Origin: an uncultured Planctomycetaceae bacterium
GTDB lineage: Bacteria > Planctomycetota > Planctomycetia > Isosphaerales > Isosphaeraceae
DNA: 64,000 nt
NCBI GenBank assembly: GCA_963833985.1
Contig: CAWIAD010000001.1
Location: forward strand, 2,432,001-2,496,000
Direction: 5' to 3'
Notes under the pieces: model-generated
Database searches by the model: none
Told to the model about the DNA's origin: nothing
What the model saw: only the letters and a program-made list of their open reading frames with translations
Part shown: positions 1 through 9,617 of the stretch, piece after piece
Layout of the letters: every line of letters starts with the position of its first letter
Position numbering within the stretch: the stretch's first letter is position 1
Translations under genes and position numbers: made by a program

Positions 1-450
1 GTCGAAGCAGGCGAGGTAGTGTTGCCGCTCGCCCCGGGAGTCGGGATAGGCCATGTAAATTCGCCCCGCCTCGACGGCCGGCATGCTCATCAGGGGGTCG
101 CCCAGCCACTTTTTCCAAACCGGGGTGCCCTCAACGGTCAGCACCTCCAGTTCGCAACTCTCGGTGTTGAAGACGACATGGCCCTCGGCAACGGCCGCAG
201 CGGTAGGCCCGTCGTCAGAGGTCTGGTACTGCCAGGCGAGGCTGCCGTCGCGGGCGTCGAAGGCATAGAAGTCGTAGCTGCCGAACCCGCCGCCGATGAA
301 GACGCGGCCGTCGACTACCGCCGGCGTCGCCAGGCTGTGACGACCGGGGAGGGTCACTCGCCAGCCGCGGAACCGCCCGTCCGGGCTGAGAAACGGCGAC
401 GGCTCGTCGACCTTCGGGAGATGCCCCTGTTGCTTCGGATCGATCTTCAT
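1..450 (-). CDS. PQQ-like beta-propeller repeat protein (partial, runs off window start)
   Basis: Manual translation, not in the ORF track: MKIDPKQQ...SLATPAVVDGRVFIGGG...YAFDARDGSLAWQY...WKKWLGDPLMSMPAVEAGRIY, typical PQQ/BamB repeats. Confidence 0.8.
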   Translation of the reverse strand, partial: MKIDPKQQGHLPKVDEPSPFLSPDGRFRGWRVTLPGRHSLATPAVVDGRVFIGGGFGSYDFYAFDARDGSLAWQYQTSDDGPTAAAVAEGHVVFNTESCELEVLTVEGTPVWKKWLGDPLMSMPAVEAGRIYMAYPDSRGERQHYLACFD

Positions 451-538
451 CGCTGATGGCTCCGGATGGTTACGCGGATTGAGCACCGCGCCGGATTCCA
501 GGACCCGGTACGCGGATCACGGACGATGTCGCTCGGGC

Positions 539-3500
539 CTACTCAACCTTGATGCGGACGGTGTGGAAGATCTGCTTGCCCGAGACATCGCCGACGGTCA
601 CGATCGCCTCATACTCCTTCGGTTCGGCGCCCAGGGGCACCTGCCAGGTCATGAGGCCGTCGGGGGAGACCGACAGGCCGTCCGGGCCGAGGGACAGGTC
701 GAACGTCGCCCCGCCCGGGCTCGAGCGGACCTGGATCTGGTGCCTGAGCTTCTGCCCGCGCCGCGCCGGCAGGTCGGAGGGTGACGTCACGACGAGCACG
801 GGCGTCGTCGGGCGGGCGATCCCCTCGTCGAGTGACAGCCGGCGGAGCACCAGGCGATCGTTGCTCGGGGGGACCGTGACCAGGAGGCTGGCCGCCGGGA
901 TGAAGTGGAAGCGCCGGTCGAGCGTCATGCCATCGGCGACGCCCGCCGAACCTCCCGCGGCGTCGGCCATCTCGTCCAGGCCGCGGGCGGTCGCCAGCTC
1001 GGCCCCGTTGCTCGTGAGCCGGACCGTGGCCGACACCGAGCCCGAGGTCTGCCCCCCGCCGCGACTGATTCCCGCAACGGCCAGGTAATAATTCGGGTCG
1101 GTGGAGGGGATGAGGCTCTCGGGCGACGGCGACCGCCCATTCACCCTCTCGAAGGGATTGCCGTCGGCGTTCCGTCGCTCGCCTGTGCCGGTGAAGATCG
1201 TCCGGCCGTCGGCCCCGGGGACGACGTGGCCGAGCGCGTTGTGTTCATACCCCAGGCGGACCGTCCGCCCCTCGATTGCGATGGTCTGGAGGCCGGACGG
1301 GCCGTGGCTGACGCACCATGAGCCGAAGAGGGTCCCGCCGGGCGAGGCGCGGAGGTGTATGCGATCCGAGCCGGACTGGCAATACATCCGGAAGCTCCCC
1401 TCAGAGGTCCAGGCACCTCCCATCGGACTCCCTGCCCTGGGCGGCTCGATCTTGAGGACGCGGAAGGTCATCGGATCGATGAAGCTGCACCGGGCGGGCC
1501 CCGACGCGGCGGGCTCATTCCTCTGCGAGGCGCTCCAGAACGCCAGGATCGGTGCTTCGGAGTCGCTCCCCATCACGATGTTGTGGATCCGGCCCGAGAT
1601 CGGCTGTTTTTCTGCCTTGACCTCGAGGGTCATCTTCTTGAGATTCCAGCGCTGAAATACACCCTCTGAGGGGTACAGGAGGATGAGCCTCTCCGCCCCC
1701 GCCGCGATGAGCACTTCGTCCGAAGGGACATCGATTCGCTTGACGATCTCCGCAGAATTCACGTCGAAGATGGCGACCTGCCGGGCCTCCTTCAGGGTCA
1801 TGATCAAGTAGCGGCCCCCGCCGCCGACCACCAGGTCGCTCAATTTAGCGTCGAGTTTCCGGACCAGCGGTTCGGTTTGTTCGCGCTTCTGGCGGTCGAA
1901 CTCGGGCAGGCGGTAGACACGCACGGTCCCGTCGCTCCCTCCCCAGACGGCGTGACGGCCGTCGGGCGTGAAACAACCGCGGGTCGGACTAGCGTTCTCC
2001 CATGCCAATTGACCGACCTGTCTCTGGGACTCGATGTCCCAGAGCCGTAGTTCGGGCGCGTTGTAATCCGAGGAGAGGAGGAGACGGCCATCGGACGAGG
2101 CAGCCACCCAGGTCACCTCTCGAGGGTGACCGACGAAGCGATGAAGCTGCTGACCACTGTTCAAGTCCCAGATCCGGACAGTCCGGTCGTAGCTGGCAGA
2201 GACGGCTCGCAGCCCGTCTGGCAGAAAGACCGCGGCGCTCAACGTTCCATCGTGATTGCCCACGACGCGGATCTGCCGCCTCGTCTCAGCATCCCATAGT
2301 ATCAGTCTGGAGTCTCCACCGGTCAGGACGTGTCGGCCATCGGGCGATACCGCCAGGCCGAAGACCCGTCCCCTGTGTCCCGGTAATTGCCCGACCTCGC
2401 GTCCCGTTTCAAGGTCCCAAACCCGAACGGCCGAATCCGTACCATCTGCCAGGTGACTCGTCCCGCCGCTGGTCGAATAACCAAGCTGGCCGTCCTGGGA
2501 GAAGGCCACCTGGAAGACCACCTCCCTGTGCCCGCGGAGCTCGCGTACCAGGGCGCCCGATTCGAGATCCCAGAGGCGGACCACTCGATCCGAATGGCCC
2601 GAGAGAATGCGGCGGCCGTCCGGGGAGAAGGCGACGGCCGACAGCGGTGCGATGCCGCGGCCGAGGCGCCGGATCAACCGGCCGGTCTCGCGATCCCAGA
2701 GGATCGCCGATCTGTCTCCAGAGCAGGAGAGCAGATGACGACCGTCCGGGGAAACAGCGACGTTCTCCACGCTTCCGGTATGCCCCCGGAGCCGGGCCAC
2801 CTCCGTCAGGGACTCCGGCTTACCGCCCAGCAGCGCGTCTCCCAAGCGAACGTCGGGAGGCCTGATCGAGTTGCCCGCGCCGCGCGGGACGCCGTCGGCC
2901 TGGAGGACGCCCCCGAACACGAGCTTGACATTCTCGGTCGCCGGGTCCGCGCTGCGCATGACCGGCGGTGCTGGCCGCGGGATGATCGCGGCCTCGCCGG
3001 TCATGCGGTTCACGAGCAGCACGGGAGCCCCGGGCAACTCCAGCCGCCTCTTTCGTGTCGCCAGAATCGTCTCTCCCCGCTTCAGATCGACGGTGGCCTC
3101 GATCGCGGCCAGAGGCTTGCGGGCGGCCGCCGGCGCGACCTGGATTACGCTCGCCAGGGACAGGTCGATCGTCCTCGTTTTCCCCTTGGGGCCTACGCGC
3201 ACATTCGCCTTACCCAGGCCCTCGATCGGCCCGACCGCCATCTCCCCCCTCCGGCTTAGGACCCTGGGCGGTTTGTCGTTGAGCTGCTGAACGTCGCTCA
3301 GCAGGAAAGACGCCCTGCCGACTCGGATGAGCCGATCGGGGACGGCCGTCTCAACCCAGGTCCCGGCGATCAGCACACGGAGCTCCACAGGCGGTTCCGC
3401 GTCTTTCGGAACGGGCGTGAATGACACCCGGAAGCTGCCGTTGCCCGCCGGTGTCGCCGTGAAGGTCCGCGGCGGCGTGACGTCGGTCGCAACCTTCAGG

Positions 3501-4312
3501 GAGACGGAGAGCCCGTCTGGGAGCGAGCCGGTGGGGGACGCGGGCTGGACCTTGAGCGTCCACGTCACCCGGTTAAAGCGATCCTTATAGGGCAGCGAGG
3601 GAGGGTCGAACACGAGTGCGGGCGCCTCGAGGAAGGCACGGAGCCTTCCCACGGGGATAGCGAAGTTGGTCGCGGCGCCGGGGATCGTCGCCACCGCGAC
3701 ACCCACGACCTTACCGTCGGGCCCCAGCACCGGGCCGCCCGAATTTCCCGGGTTGAGCTGGTTGTCGAACTGGATAAGCTCCAGGCGGCCCTCGTCCCTC
3801 CGCAAGGAAGTGATCTTGCTTTCCAGGACCGTGATGTCCGGGTAGCCGTCGCGCCGGAAGGCCAGCACGGAGCCGAACGGGAATCCGAACGTCGTCACGG
3901 GCATCGTCAAGGTGAGGTCTTCGTCACGTCCCAACGACAGTGAGTGGAAATCGGCGCCCGGATCCGCCCGCAGCAGCGCGAGGTCGAGACGATCGTCGGC
4001 CCGAAGAACCCTGGCCCGGAGGATAGGCCGCTTTGAGCCGCTACTCGGGTCCAGTACGAGCCGCAAGTCCGCCCGTCCCCCCTCCGCATCACGAACGACG
4101 TGGGCATTGGTGATGAACAAGCCCGACCTGTCGATGCAGAAGGCCGAGCCTGAGCTCCCCTCTTCTCGTCTCGGCGAGTCGACCTGAACCAGAGCCGTCG
4201 CCTGCTTGCCCAGGCTGACGATATCCTTGCCTCGTGGCTCCTCACTCCGCCCCGCGGCGGGCCAGAAGGTCGCCAAGAGCACAATGAAGCAAGCTCCCTG
4301 AAAGTACCTCAT
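539..4312 (-). CDS. Secreted S1C (trypsin-like) serine protease with WD40 repeats and a C-terminal Ig-like domain
   Basis: Signal peptide; TNAHV, DLALL, NPGNSGGP; multiple GH...WD repeats; C-terminal GPDGLSVSPDGLMTW. Confidence 0.9.
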   Translation of the reverse strand: MRYFQGACFIVLLATFWPAAGRSEEPRGKDIVSLGKQATALVQVDSPRREEGSSGSAFCIDRSGLFITNAHVVRDAEGGRADLRLVLDPSSGSKRPILRARVLRADDRLDLALLRADPGADFHSLSLGRDEDLTLTMPVTTFGFPFGSVLAFRRDGYPDITVLESKITSLRRDEGRLELIQFDNQLNPGNSGGPVLGPDGKVVGVAVATIPGAATNFAIPVGRLRAFLEAPALVFDPPSLPYKDRFNRVTWTLKVQPASPTGSLPDGLSVSLKVATDVTPPRTFTATPAGNGSFRVSFTPVPKDAEPPVELRVLIAGTWVETAVPDRLIRVGRASFLLSDVQQLNDKPPRVLSRRGEMAVGPIEGLGKANVRVGPKGKTRTIDLSLASVIQVAPAAARKPLAAIEATVDLKRGETILATRKRRLELPGAPVLLVNRMTGEAAIIPRPAPPVMRSADPATENVKLVFGGVLQADGVPRGAGNSIRPPDVRLGDALLGGKPESLTEVARLRGHTGSVENVAVSPDGRHLLSCSGDRSAILWDRETGRLIRRLGRGIAPLSAVAFSPDGRRILSGHSDRVVRLWDLESGALVRELRGHREVVFQVAFSQDGQLGYSTSGGTSHLADGTDSAVRVWDLETGREVGQLPGHRGRVFGLAVSPDGRHVLTGGDSRLILWDAETRRQIRVVGNHDGTLSAAVFLPDGLRAVSASYDRTVRIWDLNSGQQLHRFVGHPREVTWVAASSDGRLLLSSDYNAPELRLWDIESQRQVGQLAWENASPTRGCFTPDGRHAVWGGSDGTVRVYRLPEFDRQKREQTEPLVRKLDAKLSDLVVGGGGRYLIMTLKEARQVAIFDVNSAEIVKRIDVPSDEVLIAAGAERLILLYPSEGVFQRWNLKKMTLEVKAEKQPISGRIHNIVMGSDSEAPILAFWSASQRNEPAASGPARCSFIDPMTFRVLKIEPPRAGSPMGGAWTSEGSFRMYCQSGSDRIHLRASPGGTLFGSWCVSHGPSGLQTIAIEGRTVRLGYEHNALGHVVPGADGRTIFTGTGERRNADGNPFERVNGRSPSPESLIPSTDPNYYLAVAGISRGGGQTSGSVSATVRLTSNGAELATARGLDEMADAAGGSAGVADGMTLDRRFHFIPAASLLVTVPPSNDRLVLRRLSLDEGIARPTTPVLVVTSPSDLPARRGQKLRHQIQVRSSPGGATFDLSLGPDGLSVSPDGLMTWQVPLGAEPKEYEAIVTVGDVSGKQIFHTVRIKVE

Positions 4313-4610
4313 GGCTTCTCACTTCCCTTCGACATTCGTGACAACGATGCCGACACCATCAGGCCTAGCTCCAGCACTGACTGACGCAGGCCGCCCCGGA
4401 ACCTTACGTTCACGAACTCCTGGATATTGTGGTTTTCTGTGCAATTCCGCCGCAGCGTAGCAAGGCCAGCTGGCTCAGCAGGTCTCGCTCGCCGCGGCGG
4501 GAAAACGCGTCACGAAGCCTCGATTCGACCTTGCCTTCCCACAGTCAGCATGGACGTTAAGTACCGCACCATGATGCTCGGAGGCACCAATTCGGATCCG
4601 GAAATTTCTG

Positions 4611-5387
4611 CTATCGTGAAATGAACGAGCCTGCGAGCCAGGTTGCTCGTCGGGAATACAGGACTAGGAAACAGAGAGGCAGAGCAAGAACCCAGCTCGA
4701 CGGCTCAGGGACGGAAATCAGGGTCCCGAGTCCACCAGTCGGGGCGACTGCGGAGACCGACCAATTGTCTGACTCGAAGAAGGATTCCGTTGAGTAGGAA
4801 TTGCTCAGCACGACCTGCGAAATCGACTCGCCTCCTGTGGCGACGAAACTGATGTAGAAGAATGGCTCCCACCAGTCCTGTCCGTTGTTCGGATTGCCGA
4901 AATACTGGCTGCCGACAGGCAATCGGGACAAGGCCTGTAGTACGTATTGGGTGTCGAAGCTCCCCAGAAGCTTGCCCGCGGGGTCGTACAAGGCCAAATT
5001 GTTATTCGCGTCAGCCGCCGACCACCAGAGGCCGAAATAGGCCTGCGGCCCGTTCAGTGCAAGGCTCACTGGCCCGCTGTACGTGAATCCGCCGAATGTG
5101 AAGTAGTTTCCAGTCCCCCCGGCGCCGCCCCACTGGTTTGCCTGTGTGATCCAGAAGTCGCCGGGCGCGGTGACCTGCCCGACCGCCGTGGCGAGTGACA
5201 TGTTCAGGCCCGTCGGGATGCCGTCAAAACCTTCTGTGGAGATCGTCACGCCCGGACCGGTCGCCTGACTGGTCTGGATCCCTGGTGCCTCCACGTAGAC
5301 CTCGAGTGATCCGGCTCGGGCTTCGAGCGATCCGAGCGACATGAATGCAGTCGCCGTGATGACGATGCCGATCGAGTAAATCTTCAT
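4611..5387 (-). CDS. PEP-CTERM exosortase-sorted surface protein
   Basis: Signal peptide MKIYSIGIV...; C-terminal VPEPSS followed by a hydrophobic helix and RR. Confidence 0.85.
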   Translation of the reverse strand: MKIYSIGIVITATAFMSLGSLEARAGSLEVYVEAPGIQTSQATGPGVTISTEGFDGIPTGLNMSLATAVGQVTAPGDFWITQANQWGGAGGTGNYFTFGGFTYSGPVSLALNGPQAYFGLWWSAADANNNLALYDPAGKLLGSFDTQYVLQALSRLPVGSQYFGNPNNGQDWWEPFFYISFVATGGESISQVVLSNSYSTESFFESDNWSVSAVAPTGGLGTLISVPEPSSWVLALPLCFLVLYSRRATWLAGSFISR

Positions 5388-5481
5388 TGGCGATCTCCTC
5401 ATGATGGTTCCCGGGAACGAACACACAGGGCGTCAAAGGGAAAGGAAACCGATGCGGCGTCACCGATCAAAGATCGATGGG

Positions 5482-5850
5482 TCAGGTGCCGCGTCTCGTG
5501 ACGCAGCTGACCAGGGCAATCACCCAGACCAGGAAGGTTATGTTGGCCTCGGTCAGGAGCAGCTTGCTCATCGTCCCCACAGTGAGCATCGAGCCCGCCG
5601 CGAATCCGGCGGCGAGGAACGACGCTAGCCCGACCCGTGCGGCAATCGCGAGCAAATCCGGCGGACATCCCATACCCGGGACTGAGTTCGTGACCGGATC
5701 GTCTAGCCAGCCGTCCCGAAGTCCCTCCGCCGCGCTGGGGTCGGGCAGACGGACGGGATGCGGATGAATCGGACCCGGATCCGACTGCCGAATTCGGATC
5801 GTTGGTGCAGGAAGTTCGCACGTCTTGTGGACAGTCAATCTGGAAGGCAT
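5482..5850 (-). CDS. Small membrane protein (start uncertain)
   Basis: Two hydrophobic segments in the C-terminal half; co-oriented with neighbours. Confidence 0.4.
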   Translation of the reverse strand: MPSRLTVHKTCELPAPTIRIRQSDPGPIHPHPVRLPDPSAAEGLRDGWLDDPVTNSVPGMGCPPDLLAIAARVGLASFLAAGFAAGSMLTVGTMSKLLLTEANITFLVWVIALVSCVTRRGT

Positions 5851-5931
5851 CCGGTGACTCTCATCGAGAGTAAATGCGCCTCTGTCCTGGACTGGCGATG
5901 CCGAAGCTCGGCGAGGGGACCACGGCTATCG

Positions 5932-7410
5932 CTAGCCGGCCGGCTTGCCGTTCCAGACGGCCTCCAGCTCGGGGGACCCTCGGCGTGGGATGCCGTTCTC
6001 GGACATGACCTCCTTTGTCGCCTCTTCGACTTCCTTGCGACGGAATACCAGTGTCTCGGCCTGGTCCTCGGCGAAGCGGAACGTCACGAACTCGTCGCGT
6101 GTGTCGCGGAGCACTTCCACCAGGTGCCGCAGGTGCGGGATCGCGACGCCGTTGACTGACTCGATCACCTGGCCGATCGGGTCGCCGTAGCCGCGGGCAA
6201 TCTTGTGAGGAAACAAGGGAGAGGTCACAGCCACCAACTCCTCCCCGAGGAATCGCATGCGGTCGGCCGATCGCGTCACCACGGGGCTGTTACGACTCAG
6301 CAGTGACGGATTGAGGCGAAGGTAGGTTTCGACGGTTTCCGAGACGACCGGGGAGAAGACCAGCGGGCCGTAGACGAAGAACGCCGGGGCGCGGCCGTCG
6401 AGGTCGCGGATGAGCACGTTGTCTTCCCGCCAAACCGGAAAGGCCATCTCCACAGTGCGCCCGTCCCGGACTAGGCGCGTCGGTATGGTCCCTTTTCGCT
6501 CCAGCTTCGGCACCAGATAGGGAAAAGGCAGTCGGAGCCCGTCACGCACCTGGATCATCCCCTCGCGGTCGATCGGGCGGTCTCCAATCTGCGTCAGGAC
6601 ATCGAACTCGCGGAGCAGTCCGGTGGCCCTTGGATCGGGGCGGCGGATCATGATCCCGCCAGCATCGCGGTCCAGGCCCAGGCGGGCGCGAAGGCTCTCG
6701 TTCTCGACCACTTGGAATTCCCCCATCATCTGGGGCTTGCCGTCGTATTGGCCGTCCTTGATGTCTTCGAGGAAGGCATCGATCTCCTCGTTGGGCAGGA
6801 TGAAGTTGATGCCCTGGGTCCCGATCAGCCGCGAGACGGCGATCCCGATCATCTTGCCGTCCACCAGCACAGGCCCGCCGCTGTTCCCGGGGTTAATCGC
6901 GGCATCGACCTGGAGGTGAATGCCCGAAGTCCCACCCTCGTAGGGGCCGAAGCCGACCCGGGAGATGATTCCCTTGGTGACCGACACGCCATTGCCGCCA
7001 ATCGGGTAGCCATACACCAGCACTGGCGCCATGACCCGCGGCAACTCGGAGGCCCGCGAGAGAGGCTCCCGCCGCTCGAGAAACGCGGGGTCTTCCGGAG
7101 TAATCAACGCTAGGTCGATCCCCTGGCCGATGGCCTCGATCTTCGCGTCGACCCGGCGGCCGCCGTCGCGCCCCTGGACGGTGATCTGGTGCGAATAGGT
7201 GACGAGGTGGGCGCACGTCAAGATCTTGTTGCCGGGGATCACTACGCCCGAGCCCGACATATCGGTCGGATCCAGCTTTGTCCATGGTCGAATGACATTT
7301 GGCAACCGGCGCGAGACCGTGACCTTGACGACAGCATCCTCAGGCGACCCGGCGCCAAGGCAAGCGACTGCAAGCACTGAGCTCAGGAATCCCAGACAAC
7401 AGGTCCTCAT
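5932..7410 (-). CDS. DegP/Deg2-like S1C serine protease with PDZ domains
   Basis: TCAHLV, DLALI, DAAINPGNSGGP; two PDZ-like C-terminal regions. Confidence 0.9.
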   Translation of the reverse strand: MRTCCLGFLSSVLAVACLGAGSPEDAVVKVTVSRRLPNVIRPWTKLDPTDMSGSGVVIPGNKILTCAHLVTYSHQITVQGRDGGRRVDAKIEAIGQGIDLALITPEDPAFLERREPLSRASELPRVMAPVLVYGYPIGGNGVSVTKGIISRVGFGPYEGGTSGIHLQVDAAINPGNSGGPVLVDGKMIGIAVSRLIGTQGINFILPNEEIDAFLEDIKDGQYDGKPQMMGEFQVVENESLRARLGLDRDAGGIMIRRPDPRATGLLREFDVLTQIGDRPIDREGMIQVRDGLRLPFPYLVPKLERKGTIPTRLVRDGRTVEMAFPVWREDNVLIRDLDGRAPAFFVYGPLVFSPVVSETVETYLRLNPSLLSRNSPVVTRSADRMRFLGEELVAVTSPLFPHKIARGYGDPIGQVIESVNGVAIPHLRHLVEVLRDTRDEFVTFRFAEDQAETLVFRRKEVEEATKEVMSENGIPRRGSPELEAVWNGKPAG

Positions 7411-7420
7411 GGTGAACTCC

Positions 7421-7705
7421 TCACGGCTGAACGGGACGATTCAGGAAGTGACGTGGAACGAAAGCAGGACATCCCCAGCACGGTGCATTGAGCTCGAAGA
7501 GCCTCATGATCCAAGGCGCGATTGCGCTGAAAGCGAAAGGAGCAGCGGCAAGGCATAGTGAGTCCAGAAAGTCCCACCGGCCGGTACGGTCGTGCCATGT
7601 CGCCGCCAGAGTTAGGCCCGGTGTGGTGAGCGCGAGCAGGATTTCCCCAGGATCGACGTCCGACGGATGATCCGTGATCCAGGCCGGTATGAACGGCAGA
7701 GGCAC
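7421..7705 (-). CDS. Small membrane protein
   Basis: Hydrophobic ORF just upstream of the protease on the same strand. Confidence 0.35.
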   Translation of the reverse strand: MPLPFIPAWITDHPSDVDPGEILLALTTPGLTLAATWHDRTGRWDFLDSLCLAAAPFAFSAIAPWIMRLFELNAPCWGCPAFVPRHFLNRPVQP

Positions 7706-7723
7706 GCAAGCGACAAGAGTGTG

Positions 7724-7999
7724 TCATCCGACCTCCCACTGCAGCTCGGGGAACACCCGGGGAAGAACGTAGAGGAGCGGCGTCAGGAAGGCCACGCCGA
7801 CATCAAGCGGCCAGGGCAAGGTCCGCAAACCGATGGCCACCAGTGCAATGATCAACGCGACCTCCTGGAGGTTGACCAGTCTTCCTCCTCCGACTCGCCA
7901 GCGGGCATCCACCACCAGCCCAGATTCAGCTCCGTGTATCCTCTGCATGGTCGATACGCGCACGGCGCAGCAGCGCCCGACACTCCCTGGCCCCCACAT
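7724..7999 (-). CDS. Small membrane protein
   Basis: Hydrophobic hairpin (VALIIALVAIGL...VGVAFLTPLLYVL). Confidence 0.35.
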   Translation of the reverse strand: MWGPGSVGRCCAVRVSTMQRIHGAESGLVVDARWRVGGGRLVNLQEVALIIALVAIGLRTLPWPLDVGVAFLTPLLYVLPRVFPELQWEVG

Positions 8000-8230
8000 T
8001 TTGCGGGCGGGGAGCCATGATGTCTCTTCACCCCGGTCTTACGTCTCTCTCCTCCTGCTCTTACATGGCTCCCGGGAGCTAAACTGTGAAATCGACTTGG
8101 CGTTTGTTCCCCGTGCGAACTCTTGACCCTTCGTCGAGCCCGCTGGTTCCGTCGCCATGGCTGAGGCCAGCGCCTTCGCCTTCAGCCCCATGGCTCGGCG
8201 GATCAATGTGCCCCTGGCTCGCCTCAGCGG

Positions 8231-9382
8231 TCACCACCCCCGGACGATCAAGGATTCGAGGTCTGTCGAGCAATGGGTAAGGCATTCGGCCCCATCTCGG
8301 GTCACCAGGACGGTGTCGGAGTGTCGGAAGCCGCCCAGGCCCTCCAGATAAATCCCCGGCTCGACGCTGACGACCATGTTCTCGGCCAGGACGTCAGAGC
8401 TCCCCTCGGCGATCCAGGGGGCCTCGTGGTTCCCCAGTCCGATCCCGTGCCCCGTGCGATGCAGCCGTCGCTCCTCGCCGGCGTAACCCTCGACTCGCAA
8501 AAACACATTGACTCTCGCATCCAGATCGCAGCATGCGACGCCGGGCCGGATCATCCGCAGCGCGATTCCCCGCGCCTCGTCCATCGCTCGGAACGCCCGC
8601 CGTTCGTCTTCGGAAGGCACGGACGTGAAGAAGGTCCGCTCGCTCTCGGCGGCATAGCCGTTGACTCGCAAGAGTGCCAGGGCAACGTGGGGACCCAACT
8701 GGAGCCTGTCGTTCAGGTCAGGGATCGAGTGGGGCTGGGCGCTCCGCGGGGCGGCCCACGTCACCATCAGGACCCGGGTTGTCAGAAACTCCCAGTCGTC
8801 GAGCCTGCGGAGGACGGTGCGGCCCAGGGGCCCAGCTCGCGCCAGACCCTCCGCGACCGTCGCCCCGAAATAGGCTGCGCCGAGCAGCTCGATGACGCCC
8901 CGGTCGGCATATCGCGAGGACCTCCGGATCATCGCGACCTCACCCGGCGACTTGACGAGGCGGAGCCGCTCGACCAGCGGCAGGGTGACAAGCGACAGGT
9001 CGCTCAATTCATCGGCGATCTCCCGCTGCAGCGAAGGCTCGATGCCGACCCGGCGCGCGTCCCCGATCAGGCTCCGCACGCCATCGACCCACCCGTCTCC
9101 CCCCGGCGCCGGATACTCGCGGTAGGTTCGTCGCTCCGCGACGTTCCGGGCCTTCTTCATGTGCTCGGCGTCGAGCCTGGGCACAAGGAGCGCAGGGCCT
9201 CTAACGCCGCGGGGGAAGACGGCGAGGAAGAACGGCCGCTCCAGAGGCTCGAACCCCGCCCCGGTCAGATAGTAGATGCTGTCGAACGAGGAGACCAGGA
9301 ACACGTCGAGCCCTACCTCGTCAACTGCGGACTCCAGTCGCTCGAGCCGGTCTCGGTACTCCCCGACGGAAATCCTCAGCAT
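8231..9382 (-). CDS. M24 family Xaa-Pro (di)peptidase
   Basis: Creatinase-like N-domain (IYYLTG); HRTGHGIGLGNHEAP, VEPGIY, GFRHSDTV. Confidence 0.92.
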   Translation of the reverse strand: MLRISVGEYRDRLERLESAVDEVGLDVFLVSSFDSIYYLTGAGFEPLERPFFLAVFPRGVRGPALLVPRLDAEHMKKARNVAERRTYREYPAPGGDGWVDGVRSLIGDARRVGIEPSLQREIADELSDLSLVTLPLVERLRLVKSPGEVAMIRRSSRYADRGVIELLGAAYFGATVAEGLARAGPLGRTVLRRLDDWEFLTTRVLMVTWAAPRSAQPHSIPDLNDRLQLGPHVALALLRVNGYAAESERTFFTSVPSEDERRAFRAMDEARGIALRMIRPGVACCDLDARVNVFLRVEGYAGEERRLHRTGHGIGLGNHEAPWIAEGSSDVLAENMVVSVEPGIYLEGLGGFRHSDTVLVTRDGAECLTHCSTDLESLIVRGW

Positions 9383-9617
9383 GTCGTGATCCCCACCACG
9401 CGAATTCGATCCTTCGCCATGCCACACGCTCATTTGATACGCAGTTGAGCCCTGTCTATTACACGTCCCGTGCCGATCCGGATGGATTTTCCTAAATGGT
9501 TATACCGCAATGGGTTACAGTTATTCGACATGGAAGAGCATCGTCGGGGTGCAACATTCCTTGTAGCATGACCTGCATTCCACGCATAAAGGTCCCGAGT
9601 CCGATTAAGGAGGGCCC

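Noticed and set aside
8273..9448. Long antisense or alternate-frame ORFs (also 20146-21363, 52133-53227, 59070-60065, 2002-2865)
   Set aside because: Shadow ORFs of well-supported genes in high-GC DNA, with no motifs
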